Positions 31,284-39,232 are shown, counted from the first letter of the stretch. The stretch is DNA of 64,000 bases from Acidimicrobiales bacterium (GCA_047974625.1 JBKECK010000054.1:4988-68987); one strand, 5' to 3'. Numbers and translations are program-made. The notes: generated by a model from the letters alone, not told the origin.

Positions 31284-33118
31284 CAGCTGACCACCCGGAA
31301 CGACCGGACGATCTGGTCGAAGGTGGCCAGGTCGTCGTCGCTGAGCGGGACGGCCATCAGCTCGTCGACCCGGATGGCGTAGGTGCCGCCGGTGTCGGGG
31401 ACCGCGTAGAACACGGACTCGGTGCCCGACTGGACGAGTCGTCGGCGCAGGATCCCCTCGCCGAGGTCGTCGATCGGGGTCTCCGTGGCCCCGTCCGGCC
31501 ACAGGACGTCGAACTGGTGCAGCACCGTGGCCGGAGCCGCCGACGGCCAGAACGTCACGGCCAGGTAGCGGCTGTGGGTGTCGTCCACGTCGACGGCGGT
31601 GAGGCACGAGGCCGGGTCGTCGACCAGGAACCATGCGGTGGGGAGGGAGAGTCGTACACCGCCCGCCGTCTGTTCCTGGAGGCCCGGTGACGTGGTGTCG
31701 TCCTGCCGGGGTACGGTTGGGCCGTCGATCAGGGCCAGTCGCTCCCCCACCTCGGAGACGTACTCCAGTTCGTCGTCGTCGAACGGCCCGTCGGCACTGG
31801 AGATCGACAGGCCGAGGGTGCCGCAGCTCCGGCCCGCGAACAGGGCGGCCACCTCGTTGCCGTCCCCGTTCAGGTAACGGACCAGGCGCCGGTCGCCGGA
31901 CTCCTTCGAGCCCTCGGGCATCGGCAGTTCGGTGGACGCGATGACCTCGGCCGTCAGGTCCGTCGCCGTGAGCAGTTGGACGGCCGTCGCCGGGGTGGCC
32001 GCGGCCATGGGGGCGACGGTGAGGATCATCAGGCGGTCCTCGCTGGTGGCGGCCACGATGCCGGCGTCGGCGCCGTCGGCGGTGACCACCCAGTCGTCCT
32101 CGAGCTCCAACCGGAAGGCGGCGCCGGCGGGGGCGACATCGGTCAGGGGATCCGCCGCCGTGGCTGATCGCCGGATCAGCAGCGATCCGATCACCACCGT
32201 CACCACGGCCAGCACCGTGGCGAGCAGGACGGGAACCCGGTTCCGCCGCCGGGGCGGCAGCGGTCGCCAGACCTCGGCCGGGGCGGGGGGCGGGCTCGTG
32301 ATCCACGGGGCCACGACGTCGCGGACCGTGCCACCCGAGGGCCGGTCGTCCCGGTCTGTCGCCGTCATCCGGGACACGAGGGCGGCCAGTTCCGGCGGCA
32401 CCCCGTCGGCGAGTTCGGTGAGCGGTTCCAGGGGCTCACCGAGCTGGGCCGAGCGACCCGAGAGCATCTCCCAGGCGATCACCCCCACCGAGTAGATGTC
32501 GGAACCGGTGTCGCATACCCCCTGCTCCCGGACCTCGGGGGCGGCGTACACGGCGGTGCCGACCACCCGGGAGAAGTTGGACTTGAGGGCGGCCTCCTTG
32601 GTCAGACCGAAGTCGGCCACGACGAGCTGCTCCCCGTCGCCGGTCGGGCGGAACAGGAGGTTGGCCGGGGAGACATCCCGGTGGATGATGCCGAGCCGAT
32701 CGTGGATGTGGCCCAGGGCGGCCAGGGTCCGGTCGACCACCCAGGCCGCCTGGCCGAGCCGGTCCGGCGGATGGAGCGGCATCCGCTGGGCCAACGAGCC
32801 CCCCTCGCAGAGCTCGGTGGCGAGATAGCGCCGGTCGTGGCCGACCCCATGCCCACCCCCGTGGTCGATCCCATGACCGACATAGCCGGGTACCGCCCCG
32901 GCCCCATCCGGTCCGAGCCGGTCGACGGCGGTCTCGAGCAGTTCACACTCGGCCTCGAAGCGGTGGACGACGTTGAGATCGTCGAGCCAGTTGGGTGACA
33001 GCACCTTGAGGGCCACGGGCCTGTCGTCGCGGGCGGCGGCCACGTAGGTGACGGCGAACCCGCCCGAACCGGCCACTCCGACCAGCTGGTAGCCCCCGAT
33101 GGTGGTGGCGTCCGGCAC
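31283..33118 (-). CDS. Transmembrane Ser/Thr protein kinase with ~290-aa extracytoplasmic domain of unknown type
   Basis: GTG start. GSGGFAVTY, VALKVL, IIHRDVSPANLL, VADFGLT and YAAPEV are present. A single TM (VPVLLATVLAVVTVVIGSLLI) lies at ~aa 295-315. The stop shares its A with the sigma ATG (TGATG). Confidence 0.85.
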   Translation of the reverse strand: MPDATTIGGYQLVGVAGSGGFAVTYVAAARDDRPVALKVLSPNWLDDLNVVHRFEAECELLETAVDRLGPDGAGAVPGYVGHGIDHGGGHGVGHDRRYLATELCEGGSLAQRMPLHPPDRLGQAAWVVDRTLAALGHIHDRLGIIHRDVSPANLLFRPTGDGEQLVVADFGLTKEAALKSNFSRVVGTAVYAAPEVREQGVCDTGSDIYSVGVIAWEMLSGRSAQLGEPLEPLTELADGVPPELAALVSRMTATDRDDRPSGGTVRDVVAPWITSPPPAPAEVWRPLPPRRRNRVPVLLATVLAVVTVVIGSLLIRRSATAADPLTDVAPAGAAFRLELEDDWVVTADGADAGIVAATSEDRLMILTVAPMAAATPATAVQLLTATDLTAEVIASTELPMPEGSKESGDRRLVRYLNGDGNEVAALFAGRSCGTLGLSISSADGPFDDDELEYVSEVGERLALIDGPTVPRQDDTTSPGLQEQTAGGVRLSLPTAWFLVDDPASCLTAVDVDDTHSRYLAVTFWPSAAPATVLHQFDVLWPDGATETPIDDLGEGILRRRLVQSGTESVFYAVPDTGGTYAIRVDELMAVPLSDDDLATFDQIVRSFRVVS

Positions 33119-33202
33119 GGCCCCTGGACCTCAGCGGTGGGTCGATCCGGGAATTCGGCCTCCGGGCGCGAACCGGACCGTGTCCTGCGGACTCTCCAGT
33201 AC

Positions 33203-33227
33203 GGAACCTACACACCCGAGGAGCGTC
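33203..33227 (+). promoter_or_regulatory. ECF-type promoter-like motif GGAAC-N16-CGTC
   Basis: Seen directly: GGAAC at 33203-33207, a 16-nt spacer, then CGTC at 33224-33227. It ends 3 nt before ATG 33231 of the first 8-Cys lipoprotein gene. Confidence 0.3.
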
Positions 33228-33230
33228 CCG

Positions 33231-34250
33231 ATGCCCACTCCCCCCACCGTGCGTCCCGTCGGCACCGACGGCCGGCCCTCCGCCCGGGGCACCCGTCCGT
33301 GCCGTCGTCGACGGCTCCTAGCCCCACTCCTCACCGTGCTGATGCTAACGGCAGCGGGTTGCGCCCGACACTCGGCCCGGGTCGCCGAGGGACCAGCAGG
33401 CCCCGACGCCCCCGTGGCCGATGAGGAGGCCGGTGGCGGGACACCGGCGCAGGACCCGGTGCGGCGGTGGCCGGGCCAGTCCCCGGCCGCCGCGATCGGG
33501 GGCCCGCTGCCCACCGACAAGATCGGCACCGAGGAGATGACGGTCTTCCTCGCCGAGACGGTCTGCGAGCCGGAGGTCACCGACGTTGCCGGCTTCGCCA
33601 CCCTGGTCTGCAACCATGCGACCGGGAACGTTCGGGTGGTCGCCTACCGGTTCAGCGACCCAGGGCTCACCTGGGTGCAGGGAACCGGGTTCGCCGAGGA
33701 CTACATCACTACCGACATCCCGGACTGGTGCACCTACGGGATGCTGGTGGACGAGTGGATCATCTTCTTGTTCCACCGGGAGAGTCGGGAGGCGACCGAG
33801 GTGGTGTCAGCGTTCCAGTCGCGGTTCTGGGATGCGGTCCCGCTGGTGGTGGGCTGCCTGTTCGACCCGGTGGAGGGCGGCACCACGGTGGTGGACTTTG
33901 AGCGGACCTGGGGGACCTCGGGGTGGTGCAATCCGGACTATCGGGGCAACGTGCAGTACCGGAAGGGATTCGCCAACGCCCATCCCGATGCCGAGGCGTT
34001 GCCGGCGGCCGGGTTCGTGTGTCGCCGGAATGGTGCTGACGTGTCGGCTTCCATGTATTCCAACTCGGCGGACGCGGCCTTGGCCGTGGAACGGCTCCGG
34101 CAGGACTCGGCTGCGGGCACGTGCCGCTGGGTCGGGGTGGTGGACCGGTGGGTGTTCGAGGAGGACACGCGGTCGTCGTCCGGCGACGGGGCCGACTTCG
34201 TCTCTGGCCTCGACCAGGTCCGGGCCACGGTGGCTGTCGGCTGTCCCTGA
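33231..34250 (+). CDS. Lipoprotein of unknown function, 8 conserved Cys (paralog 1)
   Basis: From ORF 33099..34250, ATG 33231 (GAGGAG 8-13 nt upstream). RRRRLLAPLLTVLMLTAAGC is a signal peptide plus lipobox. I recognise no domain. About 70% identical by eye to the next gene. Confidence 0.75.
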   Translation: MPTPPTVRPVGTDGRPSARGTRPCRRRRLLAPLLTVLMLTAAGCARHSARVAEGPAGPDAPVADEEAGGGTPAQDPVRRWPGQSPAAAIGGPLPTDKIGTEEMTVFLAETVCEPEVTDVAGFATLVCNHATGNVRVVAYRFSDPGLTWVQGTGFAEDYITTDIPDWCTYGMLVDEWIIFLFHRESREATEVVSAFQSRFWDAVPLVVGCLFDPVEGGTTVVDFERTWGTSGWCNPDYRGNVQYRKGFANAHPDAEALPAAGFVCRRNGADVSASMYSNSADAALAVERLRQDSAAGTCRWVGVVDRWVFEEDTRSSSGDGADFVSGLDQVRATVAVGCP

Positions 34251-34366
34251 CCGTCCGCCGGCAACCCGCCCGCGGACAACAGCCGCTCCGGATGCGGTGG
34301 AATCTCCTTTACGAACCATCAACCTCGATCTCGATCGTTCCCGCCCCGACCCCCAGGAGCAGGCTG

Positions 34367-35368
34367 ATGCCCAATCCTCTCCCCGTGCGCCCCCGTCCCC
34401 TGACCCGACCCGACCGGATCGGGACCCGGTCCCCGATCCGGTTGCTTCGCCGGCGGGCCTTGGCCCCCCTCGTCGCCCTGGCGATGCTGGCCACCGCCTG
34501 CCGCGGCCAATCGGACGGTGAGTCGGCCACCGGTTCGGAGTCCGAGGTCACGGGTGTCGACGCCCCGCCGGAGCGGCGCTGGCCGGGGGACACCCCCGCC
34601 GGGGCGGCCGGGGGTCTGGTGCCCACCGACAAGGTCGGGGTCGATGAGATGACGGCCTTCCTCACCGACACCATCTGTGCCCCGGAGCAGACCGACAACG
34701 AGGGTTCCCGGTACACCCTCCTGAGCTGCGACCACGAGTCCGGGGATGTCCGGGTGGTGGCCTTCCAGTTCGACCAGCCGGCGGCCGCCTGGGTGCGGGG
34801 GGCCGGACTCGCCGAGGACTACATCGCCACCGACATCCCGGAGTGGTGCACCTACGGGATGGTGGTGGACGAGTGGGCGATCTTCCTGTTCCACCTGGAG
34901 AGCCGGGAGGCGGCCGAGGTGGTGTCGGCGTTCCAGTTCCGGTTCTGGGATGCGCTACCGATGGTGGTGGGCTGCCTGTTCGACGCCGTGGAGAGCGGCA
35001 CGACGGTGGTCGACTTCGAACGGACCTGGGCCGCCTCGGCCTGGTGCAACCCGGACTTCCGGGGCAACGTGCCCTTCCGCAAGGCGTTCGCCGACACCCA
35101 TCCCGACACCGCCGTGCTGCCCGCGGCCGGGTTCATGTGCGGCCGCAACGGTGGTGACGTATCGGCGGCAATGTATCCCACCTCAGGGGACGCGGCCCTG
35201 GCCGTGGAACGGCACCGGGACGAGTCGGCCACCGGCACGTGCCGCCGGGTCGGGGTGGTGGACCGGTGGGTGTTCGAGGAGGACACGGGGTCGTCCTCCG
35301 GGAGCGGGGCCGACTTCGTCTCCGGCCTCGACCAGGTCCGAGCCACGGTGGCCATTGACTGCCCCTGA
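34367..35368 (+). CDS. Lipoprotein of unknown function, 8 conserved Cys (paralog 2)
   Basis: From ORF 34121..35368, ATG 34367 (CAGGAGCAGG upstream). LLRRRALAPLVALAMLATAC is a signal peptide plus lipobox. Colinear with paralog 1, including all 8 Cys and the C-terminal ...DFVSGLDQVRATVA[VI][GD]CP. Confidence 0.75.
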   Translation: MPNPLPVRPRPLTRPDRIGTRSPIRLLRRRALAPLVALAMLATACRGQSDGESATGSESEVTGVDAPPERRWPGDTPAGAAGGLVPTDKVGVDEMTAFLTDTICAPEQTDNEGSRYTLLSCDHESGDVRVVAFQFDQPAAAWVRGAGLAEDYIATDIPEWCTYGMVVDEWAIFLFHLESREAAEVVSAFQFRFWDALPMVVGCLFDAVESGTTVVDFERTWAASAWCNPDFRGNVPFRKAFADTHPDTAVLPAAGFMCGRNGGDVSAAMYPTSGDAALAVERHRDESATGTCRRVGVVDRWVFEEDTGSSSGSGADFVSGLDQVRATVAIDCP

Positions 35369-35398
35369 CTCGGCCCGCGCCGCGGCCGTGGAGCGGGA

Positions 35399-35806
35399 TC
35401 AGGCCTGGCAGTGGCCGCAACGCCCCGAGACCCGCACGTCCACCGTGGCCGGGGCGAAGGCCGAGGTCCGGTCGATCTGGCGGCGGAGGGCGGCCACCAA
35501 TTGGGAGTCGTGGTGCTGCACCGCACCACACCTATCGCAGACCAGGTGGATGAACGTGTCTCCGTGGGCGCGTTCCCAGCTGACCGCGTCGCCCAGTCGG
35601 GACTCGCGCACCAGGTTGAGTTCGGCGAACAGGCCGAGGGCCCGGTACACCGACGAGAGGTTCACGGTCGGGTCGATACCGGCCACCCGTTCGGCGATCT
35701 GCTGGGCGTTGAGATGGCCGGCGTCGGTGCCGAGTGCGTCCCACACCACCCGGCGGGCACGGGTTACCCGATGCCCGTTCGACCGCAGCATCTCCTCCAG
35801 GTCCAC
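35399..35806 (-). CDS. Fur family transcriptional regulator (metal-uptake repressor; Nur/Zur-like by context)
   Basis: HRVTRARRVVWDAL...LNAQQIAERV....NLSSVYRALGLF (winged helix). Metal sites are HGDTFIHLVCDRCG and GRCGHC. Divergent from the cbiM-type importer. Confidence 0.85.
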   Translation of the reverse strand: MDLEEMLRSNGHRVTRARRVVWDALGTDAGHLNAQQIAERVAGIDPTVNLSSVYRALGLFAELNLVRESRLGDAVSWERAHGDTFIHLVCDRCGAVQHHDSQLVAALRRQIDRTSAFAPATVDVRVSGRCGHCQA

Positions 35807-35856
35807 CCGTTCAGCCTAGGGGTCCCGCTCTCCCCGGGGGCCGACCCGATCCGCGG

Positions 35857-35879
35857 TTACTGCGAGTTGTTTGCAGTAA
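35857..35879. promoter_or_regulatory. Candidate Fur-family operator TTACTGC-N9-GCAGTAA overlapping promoter-like hexamers
   Basis: Perfect 7-bp inverted repeat (35857-35863 / 35873-35879) in a locally AT-rich patch. TTGTTT (35867)-N18-TAGGCT (35891) could serve cbiM. Confidence 0.45.
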
Positions 35880-35946
35880 TCGATGACTCATAGGCTGACC
35901 GACCAGCCCGCCCTCATCGAGCCCTGGAGCCGCCCCGATGATCGCC

Positions 35947-36936
35947 ATGCACGCCCCCGACGGTCTGCTCAGCGCCCCGGTGGCCCTGGTCACGGCGGTG
36001 ATCAGCGTCGCCGTCCTGGCCGTGGCGGTGCACCAGAGCGGCCGCCAGCTCGGCGACCGTCAGGCCCCGCTGGCCGGGCTGGCGGCGGCATTCATCTTCG
36101 CCGCCCAGATGGTCAACGTCCCCGTGGCCGGTGGCACCAGCGGGCACCTCTTGGGAGGCACCCTGGCCGCCGTCCTGCTGGGGCCCTGGGTGGGGGCCGT
36201 GGTGGTGGGGGTGGTGGTCCTCGTCCAGGCCCTCGTCTTCGCCGACGGGGGCATTACCGCCCTCGGCTACAACCTGCTCGACATGGCCATCGTCCCCACC
36301 TTCGCCGGGTGGGCCCTGTTCGTGGCCCTCCGTCGGGTCATGCCCGCCCGGGCCAGCGGTGTGGTCGGGGCCGCCGCCCTGGCCGCCGGCCTGTCCACCG
36401 TGCTGGCCGCCGCCACCTTCTCCCTGCTGTGGCTGTTCGGGGCCACGGCCCCGGTCCCGTTTGACACCGTTTTCGGGTCGATGGTGGGGGTCCACACCCT
36501 GATCGGTGTGCTCGAGGCGGTGATCACGGGCTCGGTGCTGGGCGCCGTCCTGGCCACCCGTCCCGACCTGGTGTACGGCGGGCAGGACCTCCGGCTCTCC
36601 CCGTCCCCGGGCCGGGGTCGGGTGGACACCCGGACCTTCGTCATCGGGGCCGTGTTCGCCACCCTGGTGGTGGCCGTTGTGGTGAGCCAGTTCGCCGCCG
36701 ACACGCCCGACGGCCTCGACCGGGTGTCCGGGGACCACGGGATGGCCCCGGACACCGACCACGCCATGTCGTCGGGCCCGTTCGCCGACTACGCCACCGA
36801 AGGTGTTGGCAACGAGACGGTGAGCCTCGCCCTGGCCGGCACGGTCGGCGCCGCCCTCACCCTGCTGGTCGGGGGCGGCATGCTCAGCGCCGCCCGCCGG
36901 ATGACCGGGTCGGTCGCAGTACCGCCGGGCCGGTGA
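35947..36936 (+). CDS. cbiM: ECF-transporter substrate-capture component CbiM/NikM fused to a C-terminal PDGLE-domain (CbiN-like) module
   Basis: ORF 35938..36936. I place the start at ATG 35947 so the protein begins MHAPDG, because the N-terminal Met-His is the metal ligand in CbiM/NikM. GGTSGHLLGG is present. The C-terminal TM-ADTPDGLDRV-TM module follows. Confidence 0.8.
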   Translation: MHAPDGLLSAPVALVTAVISVAVLAVAVHQSGRQLGDRQAPLAGLAAAFIFAAQMVNVPVAGGTSGHLLGGTLAAVLLGPWVGAVVVGVVVLVQALVFADGGITALGYNLLDMAIVPTFAGWALFVALRRVMPARASGVVGAAALAAGLSTVLAAATFSLLWLFGATAPVPFDTVFGSMVGVHTLIGVLEAVITGSVLGAVLATRPDLVYGGQDLRLSPSPGRGRVDTRTFVIGAVFATLVVAVVVSQFAADTPDGLDRVSGDHGMAPDTDHAMSSGPFADYATEGVGNETVSLALAGTVGAALTLLVGGGMLSAARRMTGSVAVPPGR

Positions 36937-37739
36937 GCGGCCACCACCCCCATCCGCCGGAGGTGACCGGTCGCTCCCCCCAGGAGGCCGACGTCGACGG
37001 TCCGACCCGCGGCCCCGGCCGGCCACTCGCCCCCGAGGTGAAGCTGGTGGGCCTGTTCGGTTTCGTCACCGGGGTGGCCGTCACCCCCCGGCACGGGGTC
37101 GTCGTCCTGGTCGGCGACCTGCTGGTCCTGATCGCGGTGGTGGCCTGGTTCCGGCTCCCGGCCCGGGTGGTGGTGCGGCGCCTCGCCGTGATCGTCCCGT
37201 TCCTCCTCGCCGCGTCCGCCCTGCCGCTGGTGGCCGGGGGGGACCGGGTCACAGTGGCCGGGGTCGGCCTGTCGGTCGAGGGCCTGTGGGCGGCCGCGGC
37301 GATCGGGGCCAAGGCCGTGCTTGGCGCCGGGGCCAGCATCGTGGTGGCCACCAGCACGCCGGTGGCCGAACTGACCACCGGTCTGGGGCGGCTCCGCCTC
37401 CCCCCGGTGGTGGTGTCGATCGTGGCCTTCATGTTCCGCTACCTCGATCTCATCGGTGACGAGTCGGCCCGGATGCGCCGGGCCATGACCGCCCGGGGGA
37501 TGCGGTCCCGCTGGTTGGGTGACGCCGGTCCCGTCCTGGCCGCCACCGGTGCCCTGTTCGTCCGCAGCTACGAGCGGGGCGAGCGGGTCCACCTCGCCAT
37601 GGTGGCCCGCGGCTACACCGGCACGATGCCAGCGCCGGACCGGGCGGCGGCGCCGGGCCGCCGGTGGCTGGCCGCCGTGGCGGTGACCGCCCCGGCCTGG
37701 TTGCTGGCTGGGTGGGCGGCGTGGGGGCCGGGCCGGTGA
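36933..37739 (+). CDS. cbiQ: ECF transporter transmembrane (T) component CbiQ
   Basis: GTG 36933 overlaps the cbiM stop (GTGA). Multi-TM protein with FRYLDLIGDESARMRRAMTARG...SYERGERVHLAMVARGY, typical of CbiQ/EcfT. Confidence 0.8.
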   Translation: MSGHHPHPPEVTGRSPQEADVDGPTRGPGRPLAPEVKLVGLFGFVTGVAVTPRHGVVVLVGDLLVLIAVVAWFRLPARVVVRRLAVIVPFLLAASALPLVAGGDRVTVAGVGLSVEGLWAAAAIGAKAVLGAGASIVVATSTPVAELTTGLGRLRLPPVVVSIVAFMFRYLDLIGDESARMRRAMTARGMRSRWLGDAGPVLAATGALFVRSYERGERVHLAMVARGYTGTMPAPDRAAAPGRRWLAAVAVTAPAWLLAGWAAWGPGR

Positions 37740-38482
37740 CGGCGGCCGCGGTGGAGATCACCGACGTCGCCTACCGCTACCCGGGCCGGGCCGAACCGGT
37801 GCTCGACGGGCTGTCCCTGGGGGTCGCGGCCGGGGAACGGGTGGCCGTGCTCGGCCCCAACGGGTCGGGCAAGACCACCCTGATGCTCCACCTCAACGGG
37901 CTCCTCAGCCCCCAGGCGGGCCGGGTTGTGATCGGGGGCACCCCGGTGGAGGCGGGATCGATGACCGAGGTGCGGCAGCGGGTGGGCCTGGTGTTCCAGG
38001 ACCCGAACGACCAGCTGTTCATGTCCCGGGTGGCCGACGACGTCGGCTTCGGGCCCGCCAACCTGGGCTGGTCGGCCGAACGGCGGGACCGGGCCGTCGC
38101 CGCCGCCCTGGCTGCGGTGGGGGCCACCGACCTGGCCGACCGCACCCCCCACCATCTCAGTGGGGGGGAGAAACGGCGGGCGGCGATCGCCACCGTCCTG
38201 TCCATGGACCCCGAGGTGCTGGTGCTCGACGAACCCACCGCCGGCCTCGACCCGCTCGGTCACCACGAACTGGCCGAGCTCCTGGTGGGGCTGGGTCAGA
38301 CCCAGGTCATCGTTACCCACGATCTCCCCTTCGCCCTGGCCACCTGTCCCCGTTCGGTGGTCCTGGACCGCGGCCGGATCGTGGTGGACCGCCCCACCTC
38401 GGATCTCCTGGCCGACGCCGGGCAGCTGGCCGCCCACCGCCTCGCCCTGCCCTTCGGCTACCGGGGTTTCCCGCCGGCCTGA
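37736..38482 (+). CDS. cbiO: ECF transporter ATPase CbiO
   Basis: From ORF 37664..38482. GTG 37736 overlaps the cbiQ stop (GTGA). GPNGSGKTT (Walker A), LSGGEKRR (signature), LVLDEPTAGLD (Walker B) and VTHD. Confidence 0.9.
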   Translation: MTAAAVEITDVAYRYPGRAEPVLDGLSLGVAAGERVAVLGPNGSGKTTLMLHLNGLLSPQAGRVVIGGTPVEAGSMTEVRQRVGLVFQDPNDQLFMSRVADDVGFGPANLGWSAERRDRAVAAALAAVGATDLADRTPHHLSGGEKRRAAIATVLSMDPEVLVLDEPTAGLDPLGHHELAELLVGLGQTQVIVTHDLPFALATCPRSVVLDRGRIVVDRPTSDLLADAGQLAAHRLALPFGYRGFPPA

Positions 38483-38577
38483 CCGGCGCCGGGGCCTGCG
38501 GCCCGACCATCCGGTCCCGCCCGGTGGGGATCACTAGACTCCCCCACGTCAATGACGTCGCGGAACGGAGACCACCC

Positions 38578-39108
38578 ATGAGCAACGACCCCCTCTACGG
38601 CCTACCCGAGGTGCCGAGTTTCACCGTGACCAGCGAGGACTTCGCCGAGGGTGAGTTCTGGAAACTGCCCCAGATGTCGGGTCTGTTCGGTGTCGAGGGT
38701 GGGGAGGACCGGTCGCCCGAGCTGAGCTGGTCCGGCGCCCCGGAGAACACCCTCAGCTACGCGGTGACCGTGTTCGACCCCGACGCCCCTACCCAGTCGG
38801 GCTTCTGGCACTGGTCAGTGGCCAACATCCCCGCCGACGTGACCGCCCTGGCCCCGGGGGTCGGCAACCCCGAGGGGGCTGGTCTGCCCCCCGGGGCGAT
38901 CCAGTACCACCACGATGGTGGCGCCAGCGGTTTCGTCGGGGCCGCCCCCCCACCCGGGCACGGAGTCCACCGCTACTACGTCATGGTCCACGCGCTCGAC
39001 GTGGCTGACATCGGGGTTCCGGCCGAGGCCACCCCAGCCTTCCTCAACTTCAACATCGCCGGCCACATCCTGGCCCGGGCGGTGCTGATGGGGAACGCCA
39101 AGCGGTGA
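38578..39108 (+). CDS. YbhB/YbcL family Raf-kinase-inhibitor-like (PEBP) protein
   Basis: From ORF 38524..39108, ATG 38578 (GGAG upstream). VFDPDAPT, FWHW and GHGVHRYYVMVHALD. Confidence 0.85.
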   Translation: MSNDPLYGLPEVPSFTVTSEDFAEGEFWKLPQMSGLFGVEGGEDRSPELSWSGAPENTLSYAVTVFDPDAPTQSGFWHWSVANIPADVTALAPGVGNPEGAGLPPGAIQYHHDGGASGFVGAAPPPGHGVHRYYVMVHALDVADIGVPAEATPAFLNFNIAGHILARAVLMGNAKR

Positions 39109-39115
39109 ATGTCGG

Positions 39116-39149
39116 GACGTCGGGACCGGCCTGTTCCGGTCCCGACGTC
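39116..39149 (+). terminator. Intrinsic-terminator-like hairpin after the PEBP gene
   Basis: GACGTCGGGACCGG (39116-39129) and CCGGTCCCGACGTC (39136-39149) form a perfect 14-bp stem with a 6-nt loop, 8 nt after the stop, followed by TCCCTTCC. Confidence 0.65.
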
Positions 39150-39232
39150 TCCCTTCCGGATTCCTACGCCATGATTGACCCCGGCGCGGCCCGCCGGGTG
39201 GCGCCGTTCGTCGAACTTCAGGTGTGCGGTCC

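Noticed and set aside
38546-38558. 13-bp palindrome ACGTCA-A-TGACGT about 20 nt upstream of the PEBP gene
   Set aside because: It is too short to distinguish from chance, and it overlaps the position where the ribosome-binding site (GGAG) is expected. Noted only.
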